Shown: positions 29,624 through 39,325, counted from the first letter of the stretch. The stretch is 64,000 nucleotides of DNA from an uncultured Saprospiraceae bacterium (GCA_964591455.1 CAZQDZ010000006.1:55098-119097), one strand, 5' to 3'. Notes: a model not told the origin generated them from the letters alone. Made by a program: numbers and translations.

Positions 29624-29755
29624 AACAATACTTAGGTGGTAATTTATACTGAGTGTTCTTAAGAATATATCTCATTACATTTTTTAGGATTTTTTAAAAA
29701 CTCATTTACCAAATCCAAATTAGGAATGCTTATACAGGAAGCTAGTTAAGTTATA

Positions 29756-31288
29756 TTAATGAGAGATAGATATTCTTGCAGTGTATATCTGTTTTTTTTG
29801 ATTATTAGATGGTAGAAACTCTACAGAATAAATACCTAAAGGCAAATGAGAAATATCTATAGTGGTATTTGAGGTGGCCTTCGGGATTTGTAGGACTATC
29901 TGGCCATTCATATCCAAAACAAATATTTCCCCATTAGTCCCATCAGGTAATTCTATAGTAAGGTTATTGATTGCAGGATTAGGGTAGGCCTTTAAATCTT
30001 TACGCCAGTAGACTTCATTACCATTTACTAAGGTGATACTGCTGTCGCATTTCTCTGCTTCATCTACTCTGAATCGTGGGAAATTCGGAAATGAAAGTGA
30101 ATTCCAATATTGTAATTGCAAACCATTTTGTACAAACTCACAATCTTCACCTTTTTTATCTGGATAGTGTATTACATGCATGGTCTTAGCACTACTGCTT
30201 GGCTGTAAGTAAATTTTACAATCAGGAGCCAAGGCACTTTGAAAAAAGTTAGTAGGAAAAGGAGATTGAGTACCATCCCATTCATCTATGAATACGAGTC
30301 CATCTTCAAGGTTCTCTTCCCATAAGTCTACCTGCCATAGTCTCAGCATATCAGATAGGTACAAGAATCGAGAGTTAGGACTGAATTCTGAAGTAGTAAA
30401 ATGATTGTAGGGTTGTCTTTCGAAATATAAAGTCTTTAGCTTAGACAGCTGACCAGTACTTCTGTCAAAATCATATACCAAAAGTCCATCATACTGAGAA
30501 AAGAGCGCATATTTTTTTCCATCAGGTGAGAATCTGGCATTACCTCCAGAACCAGAGAATAAAGGATCAAAGATAGTTCCTATAGATTGACTATCAGTTG
30601 GCATAAATCCCTCCGCCGTGAGCAAAGTTGTATAATAATTGTTCCCTATTCTTCCTGGATTGATTATCCACCAGTCTTCTTTGTTTTCATGCTTGATAGC
30701 AGAAAGATAGGAAGTCAAATAGCATTCTCCTGAAGTAAATGGTTCATTTTTTATTGTCACATCTCCAAGACCATTGTCCAATGATAAATCTATATAGCTG
30801 TAAAGCAAATTTTTTACTATGCATTGCCCAGGAAGGACATTTTCTATGGTCTTATGAATCAAATAATATCCATAATCATTAGCTGGATCATTAAGCAAAA
30901 GAATGTCTTGAATACCTGGATAACCAAGTTTGCAATTGCCATCCCAGGGGCCATCAAAAAAGTCGCCAGCATTGATGCTATCTCCATTTGGCATCATCTG
31001 ATGCAACTTGTTTGCCACGGCGCAGCCGTTACTGGAGATGAGGACTTCACCATTTTCGTCACAAATAATAGCTTTGTTGTTGTGGTAAGCCAAATCACCT
31101 TCTCTAAAGGAAGGCACCAAGGGTCTTGTGTTAAAATCTAACTGAAATGCCTGTACTTTATCATCGCTTGGTTCCTGGTCAGTAGTCATGTGCCAGATGT
31201 AATCTTGCTTATTTTGTGATAATAAGATGGATGAGAAAAAGACAATTAGACATATTGTAAAAAGAAAAGAGGTTTTATTGGAAATCAT
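29756..31288 (-). CDS. Secreted hypothetical protein with T9SS C-terminal sorting domain
   Basis: Signal peptide (SFLFTICLIVFFSSILLSQ). CTD (AYPNPAINNLTIEL...IFVLDMNGQIV...LPLGIYSVEF). The body is possibly beta-propeller-like (weak call). Confidence 0.75.
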   Translation of the reverse strand: MISNKTSFLFTICLIVFFSSILLSQNKQDYIWHMTTDQEPSDDKVQAFQLDFNTRPLVPSFREGDLAYHNNKAIICDENGEVLISSNGCAVANKLHQMMPNGDSINAGDFFDGPWDGNCKLGYPGIQDILLLNDPANDYGYYLIHKTIENVLPGQCIVKNLLYSYIDLSLDNGLGDVTIKNEPFTSGECYLTSYLSAIKHENKEDWWIINPGRIGNNYYTTLLTAEGFMPTDSQSIGTIFDPLFSGSGGNARFSPDGKKYALFSQYDGLLVYDFDRSTGQLSKLKTLYFERQPYNHFTTSEFSPNSRFLYLSDMLRLWQVDLWEENLEDGLVFIDEWDGTQSPFPTNFFQSALAPDCKIYLQPSSSAKTMHVIHYPDKKGEDCEFVQNGLQLQYWNSLSFPNFPRFRVDEAEKCDSSITLVNGNEVYWRKDLKAYPNPAINNLTIELPDGTNGEIFVLDMNGQIVLQIPKATSNTTIDISHLPLGIYSVEFLPSNNQKKQIYTARISISH

Positions 31289-31338
31289 GTTTTTTAATAT
31301 TTGAGGAAGGAGTTTACCTCGTTACTCAAATTATTATT

Positions 31339-31555
31339 TTATTTAATAAGTGTCAACATCTTTGTTTGATTATAGCCTCTTTTGTCTGAAATGTGGACTA
31401 TATATGCCCACTGGGTAATCTGATAAATCTATCTTTTGGTTTGAAGTAGGTAAATATTGCTCATATATAACTTGACCATCTAATGATGTTACATATATGT
31501 GATATTCACTTGCATCAAAGTCAGAATCATTTTCTATAGAATTTCTTCTAGAAGT
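31339..31555 (-). pseudogene. Orphan, frameshifted T9SS C-terminal sorting domain remnant
   Basis: Not in the ORF track. One minus frame gives SIENDSDFDASEYHIYVTSLDGQVIYEQYLPTSNQKIDLSDYPVGIY. A shifted frame continues IVHISDKRGYNQTKMLTLIK*. The shift lies in a TATATA run at 31398..31407. There is no upstream coding body. Confidence 0.6.
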
Positions 31556-31559
31556 TTAG
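31535..31559 (+). repeat. 25-bp perfect direct repeat, copy 2
   Basis: Exact match to 29599..29623. It coincides with the 5' truncation point of the CTD remnant. Confidence 0.9.
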
Positions 31560-31711
31560 TTTACCATTATAGTAAAAAAGCCAATACCCAAGACAATTCC
31601 CACAGGAGGCTAGATAGGGTGTCCATAATGTATTAACCTAACTTTCGTCACCAGAGATAAGTATTAACCTACACCTGACATTGATAAATTGAATTAAATA
31701 AAAAGGAATGA

Positions 31712-32548
31712 TTATTCCACAAGATGAATCCCATCATCCTTTATCGCAATCAATCTTTGCTTGTACAAATTGCCTGTACATTTCTTAAATAACTTTTTGC
31801 TTATGCCAAATTCAGCTTTGATATCCTCTGGTTTGCTTTTGTCATTGTAGGGTAGGTGCCCACCATTAGATTTTAGTTTGGAGAGTATGAGTTGTGCTTG
31901 CGGTTCTATGTGCTGGTGGCCTACGGGATTTATACTAACATCTATTTTGTTATCAGGTCTAAGGGGTTTGATGTATCCTGTAATTAATTGACCTATTCGG
32001 AGTGGTTCTTTAATTTCATTTTTATATATCATGGCTACATAAGCATCATTTATAACCACTTTGTAACTTTTGTCTAGCTCTTTAAAGACCATGATATTTA
32101 CGCTTGACCCAACAGTGATATTATCATCTGCAAATTTTTTGAGAAAGACATCTAGCTTGGTTGTGCCGACCAGACGTTCTGTAACATCATCTAGATACAT
32201 GTATACAACATACTTGTTGCCTTTTACTAATTTTTCCTCTTGGTTACTGTAAGGAATAAAAAGTTCTTTAGTTATTCCCCATTCACAAAAGGCACCTGAG
32301 TCATTGACTTGTACTACCTCGAGCAGTGCACATTGTCCGACAGTGAATAAGGGCTTTTCTGTCGTGGCTACTTCTCTGCCACTAGAATCGCAGTAGACAA
32401 AGACTTTGATGCGATCATCTATAGCCATGTCAGGAGTGATGTATTTTGTTGGAAACAACACTTCGTTTTCATCCTCGTCTTCTAGATAGAATCCCTGAGG
32501 CATTTCTCTTACAACGGTGAGCGATTGGTATTCTCCTATCTTGATCAT
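31712..32548 (-). CDS. S1 RNA-binding domain protein (CvfB/YitL family)
   Basis: 278 aa. Repeated S1-like modules (GEYQSLTVVREMPQGFYL, GQCALLEVVQVNDSGAFCEW) and a C-terminal winged-helix-like tail. Confidence 0.7.
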   Translation of the reverse strand: MIKIGEYQSLTVVREMPQGFYLEDEDENEVLFPTKYITPDMAIDDRIKVFVYCDSSGREVATTEKPLFTVGQCALLEVVQVNDSGAFCEWGITKELFIPYSNQEEKLVKGNKYVVYMYLDDVTERLVGTTKLDVFLKKFADDNITVGSSVNIMVFKELDKSYKVVINDAYVAMIYKNEIKEPLRIGQLITGYIKPLRPDNKIDVSINPVGHQHIEPQAQLILSKLKSNGGHLPYNDKSKPEDIKAEFGISKKLFKKCTGNLYKQRLIAIKDDGIHLVE

Positions 32549-33441
32549 TCTGCTGAGCTTACTTTGTTCTGGAGAATGCGGTCAAATTTTGCTGGTAATG
32601 GAGTTGCTGCAGTGACTGTGTCATCTGCAAATGGATGTTTGAATGATAATTCGCTGGCATGCAAGAATAATCCCTTTCCTTTCAGGACGCTTCCCTCTAT
32701 GCCATAAGTCTTATCTCCTAGTATAGGTGTACCTTTATCGGATAAGTGTATGCGAATCTGATGTCTTCTTCCAGTGGATGGTGATAACTCTAGAAGCAAT
32801 AATTGGTTGAATTTGGGAGAGGCAATTCTTTTGGTTACAATAAATTCGGTAACTGCTGATTTGCCTTTGATCTCCTTGTCTATAGTGCCTTTGTCATCTA
32901 GGTCAACCCCTTTCGGTGCTTGAGTGATTGCATGGTATTTCTTTATAATCTCGCGACGAGCAAACATGTTGCCCAATTCTGTTACTGCCGATGATGTCTT
33001 TGCAATGAGTAGGGTCCCTGAAGTCGGATAGTCTAATCTGTGTACAGGTAGCGGTCTTGGCAGTGCATCCGGTAATTCTGATTTTGTCAGATTATGCGGT
33101 AGGGCATTTTCTATAGTATGCTTTTTATTGCCACTCACGATGATGCCTGCTGGCTTATGAATGATAGCTAGATGATCATCTTCAAAGAGCACTTCTAGCT
33201 CTACCTTAGTTGTTACTTTTTTATCTATCAGCGGATCGGCATGTAACGTAATAATGTCTCCTGCATTAATGTATTTTCCTGTTGTGCCTCTTTGGTCATT
33301 CACTTTGACAAGGCCCTTGGATATTGCTTTTTTCATACCCTTCTTACTGCTTATACTCACAAACTTACCTGCGACATAATCTGATAATCTGGAAGTTTCC
33401 GTTCCTGGAGGGACTTGGTGTTTTTCTAACTCTTTTTTCAT
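32545..33441 (-). CDS. RluA-family pseudouridine synthase
   Basis: S4-like N-terminus, catalytic HRLDYPTSG motif, and a late RRHQIR motif. Its stop overlaps the downstream start (ATGA). Confidence 0.85.
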   Translation of the reverse strand: MKKELEKHQVPPGTETSRLSDYVAGKFVSISSKKGMKKAISKGLVKVNDQRGTTGKYINAGDIITLHADPLIDKKVTTKVELEVLFEDDHLAIIHKPAGIIVSGNKKHTIENALPHNLTKSELPDALPRPLPVHRLDYPTSGTLLIAKTSSAVTELGNMFARREIIKKYHAITQAPKGVDLDDKGTIDKEIKGKSAVTEFIVTKRIASPKFNQLLLLELSPSTGRRHQIRIHLSDKGTPILGDKTYGIEGSVLKGKGLFLHASELSFKHPFADDTVTAATPLPAKFDRILQNKVSSAE

Positions 33442-33542
33442 TTCTCAATCTAGACCTTAAATGTAACGGAGATTTCTTTATAATGCCGTTATAAGTGGTC
33501 TTTCATTTGAGTATACTGACTTTTGAAAGAGAGTGGAGCCTA

Positions 33543-34145
33543 TCAAGCCATGGATGGGACATCTTCATCGCACTCAAAACATTCCTTGCGGTAAGGTTTT
33601 TTAATGAAGAACCATATTAGAAATGCGAGAATGGCTAGGCCTATTAGGAAGTATTGTATGTTACCTGTTACCCAAGTCAGGTTGCTGATGATGGATTCAG
33701 AAAACATAAAAGATAAGGTGGCGATTATGCCAGTCCATATAGCTACAGAGATGCCACTTAGAATAGCGAATTTGGCATAACTAATATCCCTTAGACCAGT
33801 TATGATAAGTAAGATAGTCGTCATGCCAAATAGTAACTTATACACTAACAGTATGACAAAAGGGTATCTGTCGTACCAAACGGAAAGACGATCTATTTTC
33901 TTTTTTAGTTTAGGTTTTTTTGCAAGCATCGAGATCCCTTTCTTTTTTGCTAACAAGAATTTGAACCAATCAGCAATCCAGGCACCAAGCCAAGCGAGTA
34001 TCATTGCTGGCCAAAGACTGAAATATCCTGCCTTGGCACCGAGAACTGAAGTGGCCAAAGAGATTTCCCCTTCCATCATGACACCGACAAATGTGGCAAT
34101 GTAACCACAACTTTCAACCAGCATTTCGAACCAAGATTCCTCCAT
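33543..34145 (-). CDS. DedA/VTT-domain family membrane protein
   Basis: 200 aa and polytopic, with an N-terminal GYIATFVGVMMEGE motif typical of DedA. Confidence 0.7.
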   Translation of the reverse strand: MEESWFEMLVESCGYIATFVGVMMEGEISLATSVLGAKAGYFSLWPAMILAWLGAWIADWFKFLLAKKKGISMLAKKPKLKKKIDRLSVWYDRYPFVILLVYKLLFGMTTILLIITGLRDISYAKFAILSGISVAIWTGIIATLSFMFSESIISNLTWVTGNIQYFLIGLAILAFLIWFFIKKPYRKECFECDEDVPSMA

Positions 34146-34282
34146 AATTGCTTCAGTAATCTATAAATATGCGAAAATAATAACAAAGTGCCTTCACGCA
34201 TGGTTGTGAAACTTAGTCTTAAATTGATATTAATTCGTTGAAGTATTTCATAGAATGATTTTTCCTTTCATAGATTTGTTCT

Positions 34283-35227
34283 ATGCTATCAATTACTAAA
34301 GATTCTATGCATGCGGTGCATGCTAGAATAAAATCATACATCCATTATACACCAGTGCTGACCTCTACAGCCATTAATGATATTGCAGAAGCAGATATCT
34401 ATTTTAAATGCGAGAATTTTCAGAAGATGGGCGCCTTCAAGATGAGGGGTGCCTCTAATGCTATTCTCAATCTTAGTGAAGAACAAAGGCGTAAAGGTGT
34501 CATTACACATTCGAGTGGAAATATGGCACAAGCAGTCGCCTTATCAGCAAATATGCTCGATATCCCCGCACACATTGTGATGCCTGAAAATGCACCTCAA
34601 GTAAAGAAAAATGCAGTTCGTGAATATGGTGGTCTCGTCACTGAATGTGAGTCTACCATAGAAGCCAGAGAACGTACAACCAATGAGTTGGTACAAGAAC
34701 ATGGGTTGGCTTTTCTTCATCCTTCCAATGACCTAGATGTCATTATGGGTCAGGGTACTGCGGCTATGGAGTTACTAGAGGAACAGCCTGAATTAGATGT
34801 TATACTTACACCAGTCGGTGGAGGAGGCTTATTGGCTGGTACTGCACTTGCTGCACAACATTTTGGCAGTGGATGTGAAGTGATGGCTGGAGAGCCAAGA
34901 CAGGCCGATGATGCTTATTGGTCCTTAAAAGCGGGTAAGATCATCAAAAACCTCAAAGTGGATACCATAGCTGATGGGCTGAGAACACATCTGGGTGATG
35001 TCAATTTTCCCATTATCAAGGAATATATCAAGAACATAATCAGAGTGGAGGAAGCTGAAATAATTACAGCTATGCGCCTTGTCTGGGAGCGAATGAAGAT
35101 AATTATAGAGCCATCTTGCGCAGTACCATTGGCTGCCCTTATGATAGAAAAATCAAAGTTTCAGAATAAGAAAGTAGGCATTATCATCACTGGTGGGAAT
35201 GTAGACTTGGAGAATTTGCCTTTCTAA
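34283..35227 (+). CDS. PLP-dependent threonine/serine ammonia-lyase or serine racemase-like enzyme
   Basis: PLP-lysine motif FKCENFQKMGAFKMRGA, HSSGNMAQA, and glycine loop PVGGGGLLAG. There is no C-terminal ACT regulatory domain. Confidence 0.85.
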   Translation: MLSITKDSMHAVHARIKSYIHYTPVLTSTAINDIAEADIYFKCENFQKMGAFKMRGASNAILNLSEEQRRKGVITHSSGNMAQAVALSANMLDIPAHIVMPENAPQVKKNAVREYGGLVTECESTIEARERTTNELVQEHGLAFLHPSNDLDVIMGQGTAAMELLEEQPELDVILTPVGGGGLLAGTALAAQHFGSGCEVMAGEPRQADDAYWSLKAGKIIKNLKVDTIADGLRTHLGDVNFPIIKEYIKNIIRVEEAEIITAMRLVWERMKIIIEPSCAVPLAALMIEKSKFQNKKVGIIITGGNVDLENLPF

Positions 35228-35230
35228 ACT

Positions 35231-35267
35231 AGTCTAATATGAGATTTGATTAACCTCATATTAGACT
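35231..35267 (+). terminator. Perfect 13-bp stem hairpin after the ammonia-lyase gene
   Basis: AGTCTAATATGAG-atttgattaac-CTCATATTAGACT begins 4 nt after the stop codon. There is no clear U-tract. Confidence 0.5.
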
Positions 35268-35501
35268 GAGCTTTAGTATTGGTTGTAAGTCGTAGAAGGA
35301 ATCTATAAAATTGGCTACTGTTTGGCTAGCACCTATTGATGTCATGTCGAGCCCAAAGGTCACCAGTATACAAGCATTATCTTATTTGTTAATATTTCCA
35401 GCTACTGAATAACATCTTCTTACATTTAGCGTTAAGTAAGTATTCCTACCTGAAGTAACATTTCATTCAACCGTTTTACTAACCACTAAGCTAAGATTAG
35501 C

Positions 35502-36110
35502 ATGAAACACCTATTACTAACACTACCTCTGTTATTTCTCCTTAATTCTGCTTCGGCTCAGCTTGTAGCGTCCTCAGATGATTTTGTTATGAAACGAGTC
35601 AATTATCTGAAATCTGAATTCAATTTAGATGAGACTACGACAACTTTGCTAACTAAGAAGCTCTACAGAATAAAACCTCAACATTCTGAAGCTGACTGGC
35701 ATATAACTCGTAAAGCCTATGAGCAAGTATTGTATGAGGTGCTCGATTTAGGTTCACTCAGGAGATTGTCAGATAATTTAGAGATAGAGGTTCATTGCTT
35801 TGCCCCAGAAGTGATTGATATAAAGGTGGCTGGACCTGAAGAATCAGATGCAGCGCATGAAATTAATCTTTCGCCTAACCCCGCCAAAGACTATACAAGA
35901 ATTAACTATGAAGTGGGCTACGATAGTCAAATCTCTATTGTACTTATGAATGACCTCGGACAGAAAATCAGGACGCTTGTAGACACTTTCCACAAGGAGG
36001 GTAGTTATGAGTATATGCTAGAGACGCTGGACTTGCAGAGTAATTTGTATCTGGTAGTGATGAGAGATGGTAAGGTAGCTATCAGCAAAAAGCTTGTTGT
36101 CCAAAAGTAA
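35502..36110 (+). CDS. Small secreted protein with T9SS C-terminal sorting domain
   Basis: Signal peptide (LLFLLNSASAQ). CTD (LSPNPAKDYTRINYEV...ISIVLMNDLGQKI...LYLVVMRDG...KLVVQK). Confidence 0.7.
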   Translation: MKHLLLTLPLLFLLNSASAQLVASSDDFVMKRVNYLKSEFNLDETTTTLLTKKLYRIKPQHSEADWHITRKAYEQVLYEVLDLGSLRRLSDNLEIEVHCFAPEVIDIKVAGPEESDAAHEINLSPNPAKDYTRINYEVGYDSQISIVLMNDLGQKIRTLVDTFHKEGSYEYMLETLDLQSNLYLVVMRDGKVAISKKLVVQK

Positions 36111-36118
36111 ATTTTATA

Positions 36119-36376
36119 GTGAAGGACGAGCGACCATATAAGCCCATTGCTTGTGACTATGTAGATTATATAGAACACCTGGCTACGCTTAGACAGAAAT
36201 CAGTCCTTGTCTATAGAACTGGAGAAGAAGTGCTCACACGAAAGGATGAGCGGATAAAGACCTGGGAGAATAGGGCTGGCGTGGAGTATATGATAATGAG
36301 AAGTGGTCTAGAGATTCGCCTAGATGATATTATCTCCATTAATGGAAAATCACCTGATGGCACTTGCGATTTGTAG
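36119..36376 (+). CDS. rof: Rof-family (Rho-binding antiterminator, YaeO-like) protein
   Basis: 85 aa with a GTG start. Y.PI.CD.(Y/V)D.(L/I)E.(A/L) ... VEY ... (L/I)RLD.I.S matches my recollection of E. coli Rof. Confidence 0.6.
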   Translation: MKDERPYKPIACDYVDYIEHLATLRQKSVLVYRTGEEVLTRKDERIKTWENRAGVEYMIMRSGLEIRLDDIISINGKSPDGTCDL

Positions 36377-36381
36377 GTTAG

Positions 36382-37626
36382 TTAGATGAGGTAGACGCGG
36401 ACCTTTTTTTTCTTAAGTCGGGTATTATTCAGATTAGAAATGGCGGACTTTGCTTTGGAGGTTTTAATGCCGATGAATGCGCAGTCTTGCTTTAATTCTA
36501 TTGCTCCTAGTTCATCTTTATTTAATTCAGCTTGCTTAAAAAAGAAGCCTGCAATATCACCTTTGGATATTTTGTCCTTTCTGCCACCTGATATAAATAG
36601 GGTAGACCACTCGGTCTGAGGTGGAATTTTATCATTAGTTAATAGCTCCTCTTCTGGATTATCAATGAATTCTGGTAATGTATCCCCAGTCCACTTAAGC
36701 AGATAAGCGGTCCCTTCCAGATGCATTCTCGCTGTACGACCATTTCTGTGTATCCATTCCTCTTCTCGCAGAGGTAGGTGATAGTGTAAGATGTAATCCA
36801 AGGCAGGAATGTCTAGACCCCGAGCTGCCAGATCAGTAGCTAGTATTACTCTATAGGTACCATTCCTGAATTTGATAAGAGCCCTTTCTCTGTCCTTCTG
36901 CTCTAGCCCGCCATAGAAGCATCCATGGGGTATGCCTTCTTCAGTCAGTCGCTCACTAACACGTCTTATGGAATCTTTATAATTACAAAACACAATCCCA
37001 ATTTTTTGACCCAAATGAGAGAGGGCAGAGACGAGGGTGTCCAGCTTGTCCTTCTCAGGAGAGCTTATCATCTTGACAGTCAGTTTCGGTTTGTCGCTGC
37101 CCAGGTGATTTAACTTAACGGGCACACGTAACTTAACAAAGGAAGGAATCTGAACATTATGTGTAGCGGAGGTCAGCACTTTTATTTTGCAGTCTTGCAG
37201 CTCACTCAGTATAAATTTTAGCTCCTTCTCGAATCCTATCTCTAAGGACTTATCAAACTCATCCAGAACCATGGCCTTAATTTGCTCTATAGAAAAGCTT
37301 TCTCTTCTTAAGTGGTCAGCTACCCGCCCAGGCGTGCCTATAAGGATGGCAGGCTTATGTTTGATGTGTATTCTGTCTTTAGAAAAAAATTGGCCACCAT
37401 AGACGGCATTTATTTTATAGCCTGATCCCATATCTCTAGCGACCTGCTCTATCTGAAGGGCTAACTCTCTTGTCGGACATAGAATTACCAACTGTACTTC
37501 ATCTAGGTCTGGATCTAATTTTTCGAGCAGGGGTAAAAGAAAGGCCAGTGTCTTTCCCGTTCCTGTGGGCGACAAAAGAATCACTTCGTTATTATGCGCA
37601 ATGGCATGATGGGCATCTAGCTGCAT
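36382..37626 (-). CDS. DEAD-box (DEFD variant) RNA helicase with DbpA-type C-terminal RNA-binding domain; true start probably upstream (to about 37725)
   Basis: Motif I SPTGTGKT, motif II VLDEFD, SAT, motif VI HRNGRTAR, and a DbpA-like tail. Coordinates are given from the first ATG. Q-motif-region homology continues 5' of it (see finding). Confidence 0.85.
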   Translation of the reverse strand: MQLDAHHAIAHNNEVILLSPTGTGKTLAFLLPLLEKLDPDLDEVQLVILCPTRELALQIEQVARDMGSGYKINAVYGGQFFSKDRIHIKHKPAILIGTPGRVADHLRRESFSIEQIKAMVLDEFDKSLEIGFEKELKFILSELQDCKIKVLTSATHNVQIPSFVKLRVPVKLNHLGSDKPKLTVKMISSPEKDKLDTLVSALSHLGQKIGIVFCNYKDSIRRVSERLTEEGIPHGCFYGGLEQKDRERALIKFRNGTYRVILATDLAARGLDIPALDYILHYHLPLREEEWIHRNGRTARMHLEGTAYLLKWTGDTLPEFIDNPEEELLTNDKIPPQTEWSTLFISGGRKDKISKGDIAGFFFKQAELNKDELGAIELKQDCAFIGIKTSKAKSAISNLNNTRLKKKKVRVYLI

Positions 37627-37755
37627 CTCATTGAGCTGAGCAATGCCAAGTTTTTTGAGTATGTCTGCTTGGGATTTGATGGGGCGAAGATAGTGAAAAG
37701 GAAGGGAGGATGTTTTACTTATTATAAGAGACCTGTATTGAGTAGAATGAAATAG

Positions 37756-38607
37756 TCACTCTAATCCAAACTTCATTTCACCCTTTAACTCAATTTGATT
37801 AAAATCATCCAAATCACTTCTATCTATAAAGCCGATTCTTGGATATCCACCTGTTGTCTGGCCATCCTGTAGGACAACAATAGGAAGGCCAGAAGGAGGT
37901 AGCTGTATATGTCCAGGAAGAACGGGAACACTGTCGTGTAAATTATCTTGCGTCGAGAGTAAGGGTCCTGACAGGCGGGCACCCATTCGATTGCTGTTAA
38001 CAGATTTTGTCCAAGTGGCTGTAGTGAGATTTTCCATTGATTTGTCAGTAAGTAAGTGATATTCTGGTCCTTTGATTATTGGAATATTTGATGCGAATAC
38101 GCGTGGATTTACTTTGGAGGACTTAAGTTCATTAGAACTCTTTTTCCACTTTATTATGTCATCTTTTTGAAAGGGTTTTCCCCCTTGGTGTCCAAGTTTT
38201 GCTGGTGGGTAGACACTGCAGGATTCATATGAAAGCATTGTTTCTAAGTTGCCTTGAATAGCGATATAGGCATAGAGGTTGGCTGTTGCAAATTTGGATG
38301 ATAGAATATCTCCTTTCTTGATAGTCAGTTTTGTGTTTAATGGTGTTGCTTTGCCATTTATATTCCAACTCATAGGGCTACCCGTAATAGCAATGGTAGT
38401 TGGGCTGTGGAATTTTATCGTAGGACCTGACAAGCAACATTCTATTACAGGGTTGCTGACTGGGTTGCCGACTATGAGGTTGGCAAATTTTGCGGATTGT
38501 CGGTCCATGACGCCTGAGGTTGGGATGGCGTAATAAGACATGCCTATTCTGCCTTGGTCTTGTAAAGATGAATAGAGTCCTGGTTTGATGAATTCGCAGC
38601 TAGGCAT
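37756..38607 (-). CDS. pxpC: 5-oxoprolinase subunit C (allophanate hydrolase subunit 2 / KipA family)
   Basis: 283 aa. ..GLYSSLQDQGR.G....IP.SG.MD start and late GGYPRIG motif. It follows pxpB with an 8-nt overlap. Confidence 0.8.
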   Translation of the reverse strand: MPSCEFIKPGLYSSLQDQGRIGMSYYAIPTSGVMDRQSAKFANLIVGNPVSNPVIECCLSGPTIKFHSPTTIAITGSPMSWNINGKATPLNTKLTIKKGDILSSKFATANLYAYIAIQGNLETMLSYESCSVYPPAKLGHQGGKPFQKDDIIKWKKSSNELKSSKVNPRVFASNIPIIKGPEYHLLTDKSMENLTTATWTKSVNSNRMGARLSGPLLSTQDNLHDSVPVLPGHIQLPPSGLPIVVLQDGQTTGGYPRIGFIDRSDLDDFNQIELKGEMKFGLE

Positions 38608-39325
38608 TGGATTTATTGTATTGCGTTAGACTTAAGTTATTATCCTTTAGATTATTGTACGCCTCTTGACTTACAGAAAAAAAATTGATTAGGGTGCCTA
38701 TGGGTAATTTGCCGACTATATCGTCGATATTGATATTAATGGGTGTCTTTGCTAGTACGTGCCAACCGCCTGGACTAGTTGTATTGTATATCCCCAGATA
38801 TGGTCCACCAATGGCTATAGAACCTGATGCCACCCTTTTGGCAGGTATGCTTTTGCGTGGCATGAAATACGTTTTTGGTATTCCCTTTAGATAAAAGAAA
38901 CCAGGCATGAATCCAAACATGCTAATGGTGAATGAGGTTTGTTCGATTAGTGAGCTGAGTTGTGCTTCTGATTTTATTTGATTCGAGCTATTAGACGCTG
39001 AATAATGCGCCAATACTTTCTTTATGTCATCTGATTCACTTATGACAAATGGTATGTTTATTTTTTTGTGTCTATGATTGTCGAACGAATTATATTCTTG
39101 TGATAGTTGACCTAAGTTTCTATGGCTAAATTGACTATTCGTTACTAAGCATATTTCTTTCTCTGAAGCTATAACTTCTGTGCACCAGGGATAATTGCGC
39201 TTATGTATATGTGATGCGAAATGAGTAAGATCCAGTTGGCCTTCATCCAGAGATAATATTAAGTGATTAGCATATCTACTTACTCTGATTATAGAATCAT
39301 CTACACGCAGTAATGTGGACTTCAT
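38600..39325 (-). CDS. pxpB: 5-oxoprolinase subunit B (allophanate hydrolase subunit 1 / KipI family)
   Basis: 241 aa; GFMPGFFYLKG ... R.S.PAKRVASGSIAIGG..LGIY ... SPGGWHV pattern. Confidence 0.75.
   Translation of the reverse strand: MKSTLLRVDDSIIRVSRYANHLILSLDEGQLDLTHFASHIHKRNYPWCTEVIASEKEICLVTNSQFSHRNLGQLSQEYNSFDNHRHKKINIPFVISESDDIKKVLAHYSASNSSNQIKSEAQLSSLIEQTSFTISMFGFMPGFFYLKGIPKTYFMPRKSIPAKRVASGSIAIGGPYLGIYNTTSPGGWHVLAKTPININIDDIVGKLPIGTLINFFSVSQEAYNNLKDNNLSLTQYNKSNA

Noticed and set aside
31629-31671. 11-bp direct repeat GTATTAACCTA (31629 and 31660) downstream of the cvfB-like gene.
   Set aside because: It is short, lies in a 3' non-coding region, and has no associated gene or structure. 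It is noted only because it adjoins the 25-bp repeat scar region.
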